Positions 38,315 to 52,111 of a stretch of DNA of 64,000 nt are shown here, one piece after another. The notes under the pieces were generated by a model. It ran no database searches and was not told where the DNA came from. It saw nothing but the letters and a program-made list of their open reading frames with translations. Position numbers and translations under genes: made by a program. The stretch lies in contig NC_086097.1 in the NCBI RefSeq assembly GCF_963921235.1, positions 47,060,001 to 47,124,000 on the forward strand, given 5' to 3'. Numbering within the stretch: the first letter of the stretch is position 1; every line of letters begins with the position of its first letter. This DNA is from Mobula hypostoma. Lineage: Eukaryota.

Positions 38315-39747
38315 GTAAGAAACCCAGATTATGATACTTTTGTTTTTCTGGAATTATCTTGATTTCAATATTGTCACCTGGGAGTAATTAATGCTGAGTA
38401 AATATCGGTTTTTGATGACATGTTTTCTCCAGTTCTATATTCACCCACGTTAACAAACTTAGAATTAGCATGAGGAACAGTGATGCAAGCAGAATCTTAA
38501 ATCTTAAACATTGAAGACAAGATGAAAGAAATTTGTCTAGTACTGAAGAAAAGAGCAGGAAGAGAATTGGATCTTAGTATCAGTAAAACCAAATTTGCTT
38601 CTCAGTTAATAATCACTTTCATAATTGTGAAGTTACAGGAAGCTATTGCCATTAAATAGGTTCTTGTATTGAGGATAAAGTTTTCTAGTTGGTCATGTAT
38701 TTTTGGAGATAAAAAGTGCTGATGTACAGTATTTTGGACTGTAATTCAAATCTTTAGGAATGGATAGCTGAACTGTTAAGGATTCAGTTATCAATACATC
38801 ATGTGATAAATGAAAATTTAGCATGTTTTAACCTGTATCCTTTACCAATATATATTATACTTTAGGCAACATTTGATAAATTATTTCCAGATGGATCCCT
38901 TGTGCGTGCATCCAAATATGGAACTAAATTTGTCCATTAGTTCATGCAAGGGATTTTGAATTGCGTCTTAAAAACTTAACTCATTGAAGAGTATATGCAG
39001 TAATAGGTAGCTGGGTCACAGAGGCCTTGTGACTAAACCTTTATGCCCTATCTAGATATTTACCACGTCAGCACCAATAGGGAGTCACAAAATAGCTTTG
39101 TCATTAAGATCCATTCCTTTAGGCTTGTGTTTTTTCAAAGGCCCTTTCAATATATCAGGATTTTCATAATTCATGACTTATGTACTTGTACTGCAAGTGT
39201 ACTCATGTCAACATAGGTAAGAATGGATTAGGTATAACAATCAGGTACCTCCCTTTCCTGCAATGTTTTTTTTTCCTGGAATTTATCCTTGCATCTTCTC
39301 CATTCATCCATTCCTCCCTTTACACTTTCCCAACTTACTGTTTCTTAAGCTGCACATCGACAACTTAATCATAAAATGCACAATTATTTGTACAGATACA
39401 GGCTTATTCTGTTATTTTTATCTCTTCACCGTCAATAAATTGGTATTATGACTATTATATATACACGGTAGATATGGTACTTCTGGTGGTGCCATTAAGG
39501 TGACTTGTGCAAGCAGTTCTGTTGGAAATCATCAAATATTCTTGTTTCAGACTGCTGCACCTGAAATCCACAGCTACAGCCATAGACAATACAGTAAGCA
39601 ACATCGATTTAAGGCTTTTAAAAAAATCTATTGTGACTCAAAGTCCTACAGAGTAAAATCTAACATCATGAATGGCAGTGATACTTCATTCACACGTGAG
39701 GTCAACACTTTTTACACATGCTTTAAAAGAAAGAATAAAACTACAGC

Positions 39748-39888
39748 CTAGGCCTGCTGAAGGGTCTTGACCCGAAACATCGACTGTAACTTTTTTCCAT
39801 AGATGTTGCCTGGTCTGCTGAGTTCCTCCAGCATTTTGTGTGTGTTGCTTGGAGGATTTCCAGCTTCTGTAGGTTTTCTCTTGTTTAC
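39748..39888 (+). mobile_element. Short Penelope pLTR insertion with a mutated hammerhead
   Basis: Flanked by the 11-bp direct repeat AAAACTACAGC (39737-39747, 39889-39899); core reads CTGCTGA-A-GGGTC-TT-GACCC-GAAA-CATC-GACTG. Confidence 0.72.
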
Positions 39889-39916
39889 AAAACTACAGCG
39901 ATGAGGATCCCTGCAA

Positions 39917-40647
39917 CAATTTTCTCTCTATTTTGTAATGACCAGTGTGCAAAAAATCTTGTGCTATGCAATTTTTTGCCCAGTGACAACAACATGTGCC
40001 TACTGAATATTTAAGTGGAAGTAAACCAGCTATCTAAGGATAATAAACTACCAAGTCTAGTTTGCTTTTCATTGTTTAAAAGAAATAAAATAATGCACAT
40101 TAGTAAGTCTTATATCTTATGTACTATACAACAGTATGTACAATAATATCAATCTTTTCACATATTAAAAGTTGTTTGAAATGGTCAAACAACTTCTCAC
40201 TTGCAAATTCTGCAGCAACTTTTGCCTCAACAATACACGCAGGTAACATCAGTTTCTGTATTGTACATATTTTTCATAGTTCATGAGTTATAGGTGTAGC
40301 AGTTTCTCCTATTTCATTAAGCCATTCTGCTTTAAATAAACTAGCTGTTCTTTTGCTTTTCAAGCCCTTTGCTTCTTTGGAATTCGACAAAGTGAATCAA
40401 TAACTTCTTCAATAAGTACAATATAAAGAAGCCAGTTCTAAAATCTGCAGACAAATCATCACAAACTCCACATTGTCCACACCATCCGCATCCTAAGCTG
40501 GATAAGGAAATGTGATTGTGTATGATCATGAAATACACTTAACATGCCAGTAGGATACAGGGTAACAATTTTTTGTATGCAGTTTAAATTCCTTTGTGCA
40601 CTAGTAGCAAAAGATGTGTGCGTGTGCACACCTTAGAGGGAACACTG
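39917..40647. mobile_element. hAT (Tip100-like) non-autonomous DNA transposon
   Basis: Right end TAGAGGGAACACTG (rc CAGTGTTCCCTCTA), left end CAATTTTCTCTCTA; imperfect 8-bp TSD CCCTGCAA / CCCTGCGG; the Rex host is continuous across it. Confidence 0.65.
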
Positions 40648-41674
40648 CCCTGCGGTACCCGGTGACCCTGTGATCTCTGTCTCAGTGGCCATGTCAGAAC
40701 GTCTTTCAAGAGGGTGTCTTGAGAGGGCTCTGAAAACCTGTGCCAACCAACTGATGGGTGAGTGTGGGTGACATTTCAATCTCTGCTACAGTTGGAAGTT
40801 CCCACCTGCTTCAAAAGGACAATAATCATATCAGTGCCCAAGAAGGGCAGGGTGAGATGCATTCATGACTATCATCCAGTGGCATTCATATCTAGAGTAA
40901 TGAAGTGCTTTGAGAGGTCGGTTATTACTAGAGTCAATTCCTGCCTAAGAAAGGACCTAGACCCATTGTAATTCACCTGTCACCACAATAGGTCTAGAGT
41001 GGATGTGTTCTTATTGGCTCTTCATGCAACTTTGGATCACCTCAGCTCAGCATTTAACACAATCATTCTTGTAGTTGTGAGCAAAAGCTGGGCCTTTGTA
41101 CTTCCCTCTACAGCTGGATCCTCGACTTCTTCACTGGAAGAACAGTCTCTGCGGATCAGATATAACATCTCCACCTCTCTGCTAATTAACACTGGCACAC
41201 CTCAAGGATGTGTTTGCTTAGCCCACTGTTCTACTCTCTCTAAACCAATGACTGTGTGGCTAGGCACAGCTCAAATGCCATCTATAAATTTGCTGACACA
41301 ACTATTTCAGAATTTCAGATGGGGATGAGAAGGCCTACAAGAGTGAGATAGATCAGCTGATTGAATATTGTCATAGCAACAACGTCAGTAAGACCAAAGA
41401 ATTGTTGTGAACTTCAGCAAGGATTAGATAAGGGAACACACATCAGTCCTCATCGAGGGAATCAGAAGTAGAAAGTGTGAGCAATTTTTAGTTCCGGGGT
41501 GTGAACACCTGAGGATCTATCCTAGGCCCAACATATTGATGCAGTTTTAAAAAAAAAGGCACAAAAGCAGTTATGTTTCATCAGGTGTTTGAGGAAATCT
41601 GGTATATCACCAAAGACACATACATTCTAACTGGCTGCATCACCGTTTGATATGGGAGGTGGGGGGGCACTGCA

Positions 41675-44320
41675 TGCAGATTGCGAGCTATGATATTGTG
41701 GCCATCACTGAATCGTGACTGAAGGATGGTTGTAGTTGGGAGCTGAATGTCCAAGGTTACTCGTTATATTGGAGGGATGGGAAGGTAGGCAGAGGGAGTG
41801 GTGTGGCTCTACTGGTAAAGAATGGCATCAAATCGGTAGAAAGATGTTGAAGGACTTTGATGGCAGTTATGTGCAGGCCTTCCAACAGTGGCTGGGAGGT
41901 GGACCACAGGTTACAACAGGAAATAGAAAAGACAAGTCAAAAGGGCAATGTTGTGGTAGTCATGGGTGATTTTAACATGCAGGTCGTTTGGAAAAATCAG
42001 GCTGGTAATGGATCTCAAAAGTGAGTTTGTTGAATGTCTAAGAGATGGCTTTTTAGAGCAGTTTGTCGTTGAGCCTACTAGGGGATCAGCAATACTGGAT
42101 TGAACTGGAGGCGATTAGGGAACTTAAGGTAAAAGGACCGTTAGGAACCAGTGATCACAAAGTCTGATGTTGCGTTATTTCAGTGGAGTAAGGGAAATTA
42201 AAGTGGTATGAGAGAGGAGTTGGCCAAAGTAAATTGGAAGGAGCTGCTGGCAGGAATGTCAAAGGAGCAGCAATGGTGTGCATTTCTGGGAAAAATGAGG
42301 AAGGTGCAGGACATATATATTCCAAAAGTGAAGAAATACTCAAATGATAAAATAGTATAACCATGGCTGACAAGGGAAGTCAAAGCTATTGTAAAAGCAA
42401 AAGAAAGGGCATGCAACAAAGCAAAAATTAGTGGGAAGATAGAGGATTGGGAAGTTTTTAAAAACCTACAGAGAGCAACTAAAAAAATCATTAGAAGGGA
42501 AAAGATGACATATGAAAGCAAGCTAGTAAATAATGTCAAAGTGGATAGTAAAAGTTTTTTCAAGTATGTTAAAAATAAAAACAAATGAGTGGATATAGGA
42601 CCACTAGAAAATGAGGCAGGAGAAATAATAATGGGGGACAAGGAGATGGCTGCTGCACTAAATGAATATTTTGCATCAGTCTTGTGGAAGACACTAGCAG
42701 TATTCCTGATGTTGTGTGTGAAGGAAGAGAAGTGGGTGTAGTTCTGTTATGAGAGAGAAAGTGCTCAAAAAGCTGAAAGACCCTAAAGGTTACTTAAGTC
42801 ACCTGGACCAGAGGAACTATACCCTAGGGTTCTGAATGTGGTGGCATTAGAAATGATCTTTCAAAAATCATTGGATTCTGGCATGGTGCCAGAGGACTGG
42901 AAATTGCAAATTTTACTCCATTCTTTAAGAAAAGAGGAAGGCAGCAGAAAGTTAGCCTGACCTCAGTGGTTGGGAAGATGTTAGAGTCAATTGTTAAGGG
43001 TGAGGTGATGGCGTACTTGGTGACAGAGCAAGATAGTACAATGTTAGCATTGTTTCCTTCAGGGAAAATCTTGCCTGATGAAACTGTTGGAATTCTTTGA
43101 GGAGATTACAGGTATAAAGGGGATGCAGTGGATGTTTGTATATTTGGACTTTCAGAAGGACTTTGACAAGGTGCCACACATGAGGCTGCCTACCAAATTA
43201 AGAGATGGTATTACAGGAAAGTTACTAACATGATTAGAGCATTGGCTGATTGGTAGGAAGCAGTGAGTGGGAATAAAATGATCCTTTTCTGGTTGGCTGC
43301 CAGTGACTGATGGTGATCCGCAGGGGTTTGTGTTGGGACCACTCCCAACTTCTATGCTGTATGTAAATGATTTAGATGATGGAATAGATGGCTTTGTTGC
43401 CATGTTTGCAGATGATATGAAGATTGTTGGATGGGCAGGTAGTGTTGAGGAAACAGGTAGGATGCAGAAGGAGAATGGGCAAGAAAGTAGCAAATGAAAT
43501 ACAATGTTGGAAAATGCATGGTCATGCACTTTGGCAGTAGAAATAGATGTGTGGTCTATTTTCTAAATGGGGAGAAAATCCAAAAATCTGTGATGCAAAG
43601 GGACTTGGGAGTCCTTGTGCAGAACACCCTGAAGGTTAATTTGCTGGTTGATTCGGAGGTGAGAAAGGCAAATGCCATGTTAGCATTCATTTTAAGAGGT
43701 CTAGAATACAAGAGCAAAGATGTGATGCTGAGGCTTTATAAGGTACTGGTGAAACTTCACCTTGAGTATTGTGAACAGTTTTGGGCCCTTCATCTTAGAA
43801 GAGATGTGCTGGCGTTGGAGAGGGTCCAGAGGAGGTTCATAAGGATGATTCTGGGAATGAAAGGGTTATCATACGAGGAACGTTTGATGGCTCTGGGTCT
43901 GTACTCGCTGGAATTCAGAAGGATGAGCGGGAATCTCATTGAAGAATGTTGAAAGGTCTAGACAGAGTAGATGTGGAATGGATGTTTCCCATGGTGGGAT
44001 TGTCTAGGACAAGAGGGCACATCCTCGGGATAGAGGGGCACCCTTTCAGAACAGAGATGCAGAGAAATTTCTTTAGCCAAAGGTTTGGTGAACTTGTGGA
44101 ATTTGTTGCCACATGCAACTGTGGAGGGTGTATTTAAGGCAGAGAAGTCATTGGGTGTATTTAAGACAGAGATTGATAAGTTCTTGTTTGGGCATGGCGT
44201 CAAAGGTTATGGGGAGAAGGCCGAGAACTGGGGTTGAGGAGGAGAAAAAAGATCAGCCATGATAGAAGTTTGGAGCTGACTCGATGGGCCAAATGGCCTA
44301 ATTCTGCTCCTACGTCTTAT
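41675..44320 (+). mobile_element. CR1 LINE ORF2 (APE to 3' end), degenerate
   Basis: MGDFN-like APE region, FADD in ORF 43303..43497, RT C-terminus in ORF 43494..43952. Confidence 0.88.
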
Positions 44321-44609
44321 GGATAAAAATAAGTTGTAAACTCTGTCAGCTCCATCATGGACACTAGCCTCCCCAGTGTTTAGGACACCCTCAAGCAGCG
44401 ATGCCTGAAAAAGGTGGCATCCATCATTAAGGACCCCATTTGCTAGGACATGCCCTCTTCTCATTGCTACCTTCAGGGAGGCATAGGAGCTTACAGGCAC
44501 ACACTCAACTATTCAGGGATAGTTTCTTCTCCTTGCCGTCCGATTTCTGAATGTCATTAAACCCACGAACACTACTTCACTATTTTTTTTTTTTGCTTTT
44601 TGCACTACT

Positions 44610-47600
44610 CTCCTGCCTTCTCCTGGTATCTCTTTATGCCCTGACTAATCAAGAATATATCAATCTATGCTTTAAATATACCTAATGACTTGGCCTCCAC
44701 AGCTGCCTGTGGCAAAGAATTCCACAGATTCACCTCTCTCTGGCTGAAGAAATTCCTCCTCACCTCCATTCTGAATGTATGTCCCTCTATTGTGAAAATC
44801 TGTCCTGTGGTCTTAAACTCTCCACCATAGGAAACATCCTCTGCACATCCGCTCTATTGAGACCTTACAACATTCGATAGGTTTCAATGGGATCCCCCTT
44901 CATTCTTCTGAATTGCAGCGGGTACAGGCCCAGCACCATCAAATGCTCCTTATATGACAAGCCTTGTATGGATAAAGTAGTGGCCGATTGGCAGGAGGGA
45001 AAGAGAGGGAATAAAGGGAGCCTTTTCTGGTTGGTTGCCGGTGACTAGTGGTGTTCCACAGGGTTTTGTGTTGGGACTAATTCTTTTTGTTGTATGTCTT
45101 TGATTTGGATGACGGAATTGATGGCTTTGTTACAAAATTTGCAGACGGTATGAAGCTAGGTGGAGGGGCAGGTTGATTTGAAGAAGTAGAGAAGCTACAG
45201 AAGGACTTATACAGATTAGGAGAATGGCCAAAGAAATGGCAGATGGAATACAGTGTCAGGAATTATATGGTCATGCAGTTTGGTAGAAGAAATAAAAGGT
45301 TTCACTATTTCTAAATGGAGAGAGAGTACAAAAAATTCGAGGTGCAAAGGGAATTGGGAGTCCTTGTGTAGAATTCCCTTAAAATTAATTTACAATGTTC
45401 GCATTCATTTCAAGAGGACCAGAATATAAAACCAGATGATGAAATATTGAGATTTCATAAAGCACTGGTGAGGCCTCACTTGGAGTATCATGAGCAGTTT
45501 TATCTGAGAAAGGATGTGCTGAAACTGGAGATGGTTCAAAGGAGGTACACAAAAATGATTCCAGGATTGAATGGCTTGTCATATGAAGAGTGTTTGATGG
45601 CTCTGGACCTGCATTCACTAGAATTCAGAAGAATGAGGGGTGACCTCATTGAAATCTATCAGAAGGTGAAAAGCTTTTTTAGAGTAGATGTGGAGAAGAT
45701 GTTTCCTATGGTGGGAGAGTCTAAGACCAGAGGTCACAGCCTCGGAATAGAGGCGAGTCCTTTTAGAACGGAGATGAGGAATTTCTTTAGCCAGGGAGTG
45801 GTGAATCTGTTGAATTCTTTGCCACAGGCAGCTGTGGAAGCCAAGTCTTTATGTATATTTAAGGCAGAAGTTGATGGATTCTTGATTGTTCGGAGCATGA
45901 AGGGATATGGGGAGAAGGCAGACGATTGAAAGGAACATTGGATGAGCCATGATGAAATGGCAGAACAGACTTGATGGGCCAAATGGCCTAATTCTGCTCC
46001 TAATTCTTATGGAATCATTTTCGTGAACCTCTTTCGAATCCTCTCCAATGTCAGCGCATCCTTGCTTAGATAAGGAGCCCAAAACTGCACATGATACTCC
46101 AAGTGAGACCTCACCAGTGCCTCATAAAACCTCAACATTGCATTCTTGCTTTTATGTTCTAGTATTCTTGAAATGAATGCTAGCATTGCATTTGCCTCAC
46201 CACTGATTGAACCTGCAAATTAACCTTTAGGGAATCCAACACGAGGACCTGCAAGTCCCTTTGCACCTCAGAACTTTGAATTTTCTCGCCGCTTAGGAAA
46301 TAGTCTACACTTTCATTTTTTCTACCAAAATGCATTACCATATACTTCCCGGCACTTTATTCCATCTTCTTTTCCCATTCTCCTAATCTGTCTAAGTCCT
46401 TCTGTAGTCTCTCTACTTCCTCAACATTACCTGCCCTTCCATGTATTTTTGTATCCTCCGCAAGCCTGGCCACAAAGTCATCAATTCCACCATCTAAATC
46501 ACTGACATATGATGTTAAGAGAAGGAGTCCTAACACCGACTCCTGTGGAACACCATTAGTCACCAGCAGCCAACCAGAAAAGGCTCCCTTTATTCCCACT
46601 CTTTTCCTCCTGACAATCAGCTAATGATCTAACCATGCTGATATCTTTCCTGCAATAGCATGGACTCTTAGCTTGTTAAGCAGCCTCATATGTGGCACCT
46701 TGTCAAAGGTCTTCTGAAAATCCAAGTACACAACCTCCACCAATTCTCCTTTGTGTATCCTGCTTGTTATTTCTTCAAAAAATTCCAACAGATTTGTCAG
46801 GCAAGGTTTTCCCTTAAGGAAACCATGCTGACTTCAACCTATTTTATCATGTTCCTTCAAGTGCCCGAAAACAACATTCTTAACAGTTGACTCCAACATC
46901 TTCCCATCTAAGGTTAGACCAACTGGCCTATAATTTCTATCTTCTGCATCACTAGGTTCTTGAAGAGTGGAGTGACATTTGCAATTTTCAAGTCCTCCAG
47001 AACCATGCTAGAATCTATTGATTCTTGAAAGATCATTATTAATGCCTCCACATTTTCTTCAACTACCTCTTTTAGAACCCTGGGGTGTAGACAATCTGGT
47101 CCAGGTGACTTACCTACCCTTCAGACCTTTCAGTTTCCCAAGCACCTTCTCCCTACTAGTGCAACTTCACTAGTAGTGCCCCTGACACTTTCAAACTTCC
47201 GGCATACTGCTAGTGTCTTCCTCAGTGAAGACTGATGCAAAATGCTTTTTCAGTTTGTTCATTGTTTCCTTGTCCCCCACTACTACTTCTTCAACATTAT
47301 TTTCTAGTAGTCCGTTATCTACTCTCACTTCTCTTTTACACTTTATATATAACTGAAGAAACTTTTGGTATGCTCTTTAATATTATTAGTTAGCTTACCT
47401 TTGTATTCAATCTTTTCCTTTTATATGACCTTTTTAGTTGTCTTCTATTGGTTTTTAAAAGGTTCCCAATCCTCCAGCTTCCCACTAATTTTTGCTCTAT
47501 TATATGCCCTCTCTTTGGCTTTTAAGTTGGCTTTGACTTCTTTTGTCAGCTATGGTGTGTCATCCTGCCTTTAGCACACTACCTCATCGTTGGGATGTAT

Positions 47601-47910
47601 ATATCCTGCACTCTTGGTATTGCTCCCAGAAACTCCAGCCATTGCTACTCTGCATCATCTCTGCTAGTGTTGCCGTCCAATCAATTTTGGCCAGCTCTTC
47701 TCTCATGCCTACGTAATTCCCATTACTCTACTGTAGTGCTGAAACATCTGATATTAACTTTTGCTTCTCAAATTTCAATGTGAATTCCACCGTATTATGA
47801 TCACTGGCCCCTAAGGGTTCCTTTACCCTCTCTAATTAATTCCGGTTCGTTGCACAATACCCAATCCAGAATAGCTGATCCCTGAGTGGGCTCAACCATG
47901 AGCTGCTCTA
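44610..47910 (-). mobile_element. CR1 LINE, degenerate, with a + strand CR1 nested at about 44966-46010
   Basis: ORF 46357..46599 GVPQESVLG..LAEDTK (minus); ORF 45447..45929 ALVRPHLEY..EFRRMRGDLIE (plus). Confidence 0.85.
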
Positions 47911-48599
47911 CAAGATTTAGATTTTTCGCCTCTAAATGTTGGGAGTGGTGAAACTATTGTCTTCACTTTTTTTTTCTCTCTCCCCTTCTGTGTTCACATT
48001 GAATTAGTGTTTTACCTGGAGATGAGCTTCACCTCTGGTTATATATCCTCATGATCAATTACTTTCTTAACTTCCACCACCATAACATTACTTGACCCAT
48101 TTCATACCTGAGCTCAGGTACCGCTGAAATCTCAGTGAAGTAAAATTATGTAGCATGAAAATTGGTCCTTCAGCCCAACTCATCCATTCTGATTGATGTA
48201 CTAGATGTACTACATGAACTAGTAAATTACCAGCATTTTTTTTTGTCTTTCCTTTGTTATCTCTAGACTGAACAAAAATATTGCTGATTTTACTGTCCAA
48301 AAATTTAGGTCTAAATATCAACTACAGCTCTCTTGGCTCCCATTGTTTTCCATTTGTCATTTCTTCCCCTGATTGTTGACTTAAGTTAAATAAGGTTACT
48401 GTTTTGCAAGATATCTGCACTTGCAATTCTAGCCTCCTAATCATGCTCATTTTAAATTTTCAACCATTGGCATGACAACAAATTCCTTAATCTCTGGAAT
48501 TTCCTCACTGAAGGTATCTGCTTTATTTTCATTTTTTCTATGAACTTGCCTCAAAGGCAGTCCCCCTGAAACAAGTTTCAGATTATCTTTTATGGATCA

Positions 48600-49280
48600 G
48601 TATTGTTTGTGTTTGATGATGCAGGCATGTTTGCTAAAGCTGTTAGAGGAGGGTTTAAACAGGTTTGACAGGGGAATGAGAACCAGAGTGATAAGTCAGA
48701 AGATGGAGCAGTTGGTGTACAAGTCATGAAACATGGAGAGAGACTGTGAGGAAGGATAAGCAGTGGATAGGGCATAAATGCAGTCAGTGGATGGATTAAA
48801 ATTTGTCTACTTTAATGCAAGAAATAACAGGAATAGGGGTGATGAACGTAAAAGCATGGATCAGTACATGGAACATTGACCATGACAGAGTTTTATCTGT
48901 CACAAGGGCAAGAATGGCTGCTGGATGCTTTGGGGTTTAGATGTCTCAAATGATACAGGGAGGGAGATAAAAGGTGGGGAGTAGCATTGCTAATCAGAGA
49001 TAGTATCATAGCTGCAGAAAGATAGAACATCGTGTCAGGACTGTCTGCTGAGTCAGTTTGGGTGAAAGCTAGAAACAGGAAGGGAGTAATGACTCTATTT
49101 GGAGCATTCTATAGATTTGTCCCCCAAAAGCAGCAGAGACACTGAAGATCAGATTGTGCACAGAGTCTGGAAAGGTGCAAAAATAACAGGGTTGTTGTCA
49201 TGCATGCTTTCAACTTCCCTGATATTTACTGGCACCACTTTAGTGCAAAGGTTTAGTGAGACAGAATCTGATAAGTGAGG
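48600..49280 (+). mobile_element. CR1 ORF1-end/ORF2-start fragment
   Basis: Shares GGAGGGTTTAAAC with the 61410 copy; FNAR-like start and APE remnants. Confidence 0.6.
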
Positions 49281-50740
49281 ATGAACCTATTAGGAGTTTG
49301 TACGTTTTCCCCATGACTGGTTTCCTCTGATGCTGGAGTTTCCTCCCACAGTTCAAAGGTGTACTGTTTGGGAAGTTAATTGATCACTGTAAATTGTCCC
49401 ATGATTAGGCTGCTTAAATCAGGGGATTGTGGGCTGGTGCAGCTCGGAGGGCCTATTCTGCGCTTTCTCAATAAACAAGTCTGTGCTTAAAATACTTATA
49501 TCACTTCTATATCTGACATCATGAACCATTTTTTAAAATTGAAGATATATAGTAGATTGATGCCAAATAATTACCAAGCATAAATGTCATTAGCACTCAA
49601 TTAATTAAAACTAACATACGGCAAAAATGCAAATTGATAAAATTGAAGCATTAAACATTTCTCTGATATAGAATTACAATCTTTCCAGTCAAATTGCTCC
49701 ACTGAATTCTGAAATTATTATTCTATTTAAAGAATTAAGTAAAATCCATGTTGTGTCTTTTAATTTTACTATTTATATTTAAGGGCACTAGTTTTAAAAA
49801 AATGTCAGGACATGAAATGTAAGGAATAAGACCAGAAGTTATAATATTTAAACTGATCGTGATAAAAATCTTTTAAGAAATAATAAATTAGCTCTTTAAA
49901 GCTAGATTCTCGCTGCTGTTTGTAAGGAGGCCGTATGTTCTCCCTGTGACCATATGGGTTTCTTCCGGATGCTCCCATTTTCTTCCACGGTCCAAAGACA
50001 TACCATTTGGTAGGTTAATTGGTCATTGTAAATTGTCCTGTGATTAGGCTAGGATTAAATTGGGGATTACTCCACTGTATCTCAATAAATATATTAGAAA
50101 AGAATGGACATTAAATTATCTGTAGAAACTTACCTTTCATAAAAAATTAATTTGGATGAATTTGAGGCTGTAAGTAGAAGTAGGGGAATGGATGTAAAAG
50201 GATAATAGAAATATGGCTACAAATAGGACAGGACTGGCAATCTAATAGTGCAATGCTCTTGTTATGTAAACACAAGGGAAGGAAGAAGAGATGATGGAGT
50301 CATCATACATTAATCAGAAATCATACAAAAATGGAGATAGAGCGATGAAGCAGATTTCATGTGGAAAAGTTAAATCATCTTTTTAAAGTTTTCTTACTTT
50401 AATTGGTAGTGGTTAACTCAGTGTTAAGATTTGCAACCTCAAATTTCAGCATCATATATTTAAGTTCCAAAAATTAAGTGTACACTTAGCAGAATTTGTT
50501 ACAAATTTTAGCCAGTGAATTAGTGTCTACATATTGATCTGACTTTATAGAAATAAATGCCTTGTGATATTATTAAAATAAGATGTGCTTTATATGACAT
50601 TTCTATCTTTCAATCCTTTCTACCTGACAATGACCATCTTCATTCTGAAGTTCAAAAATCTCTTGAATTAACTCAGAAAAGAATGAAGATTGAAATTATG
50701 ACTAGTTCTTTTTGTACTTTTTGAACTTTCCTTATAGACC

Positions 50741-50973
50741 ATGCGTGTTGGGCACATGGCCAAGTGGTTAAGGTGTTCATCTAGTTACCTCAAGGTCGCT
50801 AGTTCGAGCCTCAGCTGTGGCAGCATGTTTGTGCACTTGAGCAAGGCACTTAAATCACACATTGCTCTAGTCTGTGCGAGGAGTGGCGCCCCACACAGAC
50901 TTCCACTCTGCGCCTTGTAAGGCATGAAAATACCCGACGCAGGCCTCTCACGGTCTGAGTCGACGTTCTCTCC
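50741..50973 (+). mobile_element. tRNA-derived SINE with a CORE-like domain, full length
   Basis: A box TGGCCAAGTGG, B box GTTCGAGCC, CTTGAGCAAGGCACTTAA core; 11-bp TSD CCTTATAGACC (50730-50740, 50974-50984). Confidence 0.8.
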
Positions 50974-52111
50974 CCTTATAGACCCCCAAGTAATCCAAAG
51001 AAAGTTGAAGGAAAATAAATAATTGATATACATTACTCATATTTCAGTAAAAGAGGAGAGGAAAAGAATGAGGTGGAATTTTGACAGTGTGAACCTTTCT
51101 GACCTGAATGGTAACAAGATCAAAAGGGAAGCAACTATCCATTGGATCAAGGAAAAGGGCATAAATCTGGAGCAGAAAGATAATTAGAAGTAAATCTTTT
51201 AGCTTATCAGAATGTGGACAGAGGGAAATTGGATTAGTGTGAGGAGGGTGGTGGTGGGAGTAAAAAAAACTGTAGGAGTTGGATGAAGCGCAGGAGAAAA
51301 ACTATTGACTTAATAGTGGTCTTGAAAATTTAGAAACGAAGTATTCCATTTAGAAGAATGAGAATTACACAAGAACAGAAGTGTTAAATAGAGATTGAGG
51401 TAATCTCGAAGTCATATACAAAGTACATTGCTGAAAGTAGACCAGCCCCAATGAATGCCAGTGGATTTCTGGGATTCAATTATGGAAGAGTAATGTACAA
51501 AATCAAGGAAGTAAAGATATTTTGCATGTAACCTTGCTTTTACTGTTCTTAAATGTATTGTGCACAGTTATTATCTCTATACTGTAAAAATGTCATTTTG
51601 AAACATCAGAGGAAATGCAAATAACCATTTCCAGCAAGTTTACCAAAATTTCGCGGATAAAGTTGTTAGGGCTTGCAGTTTTTTTCCTGTCTGAAAAGGA
51701 GATAAGATGTGATGGATTTGCTTAAAATTATGAAATGGTTAATTAGTTAAGGTGAACATGATGAAATAGTTTATGCATATGGGGAATAAATAACTTGGGC
51801 ACTAATAGATCAAATAAAATTTCAAGAACAGTTCCACTGTTTAAAAATAGAGCTTATAATTACACAGTGATTGAAACAAATATTCACATGTTTAATAGGA
51901 GATTGGATGCATTCAGAAGGAAGAAACAATTGGAAAAATAAACAAACAAGATGAGACAGAACCATAAGAGTATCAGCACCAGCAAATCTTGGGTCCCATA
52001 TCCAAGACATTAATTATCTCTCTTTCCATGGATGATGCCTAACCTGCGTTGTTTTTTTTAAGCAATTTATCTTGCTTTATTAAAGTTTAATATGCATTCT
52101 TTTAATTTCAG

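Larger units (their letters stand above)
39470..44610 (+). mobile_element. Rex/Babar-like LINE fragmented by three later insertions (PLE, hAT, CR1)
   Basis: VPTCFKRTIIISVPKK..DYHPVA..VMKCFERSV (40762..40971) and NTGTPQGCV; host sequence resumes after each insert; 3' end about 44330-44610. Confidence 0.75.

Noticed and set aside
50750..50820. tRNA gene
   Set aside because: A and B boxes are present, but there is no proper acceptor stem, and it continues into a SINE body flanked by a TSD.
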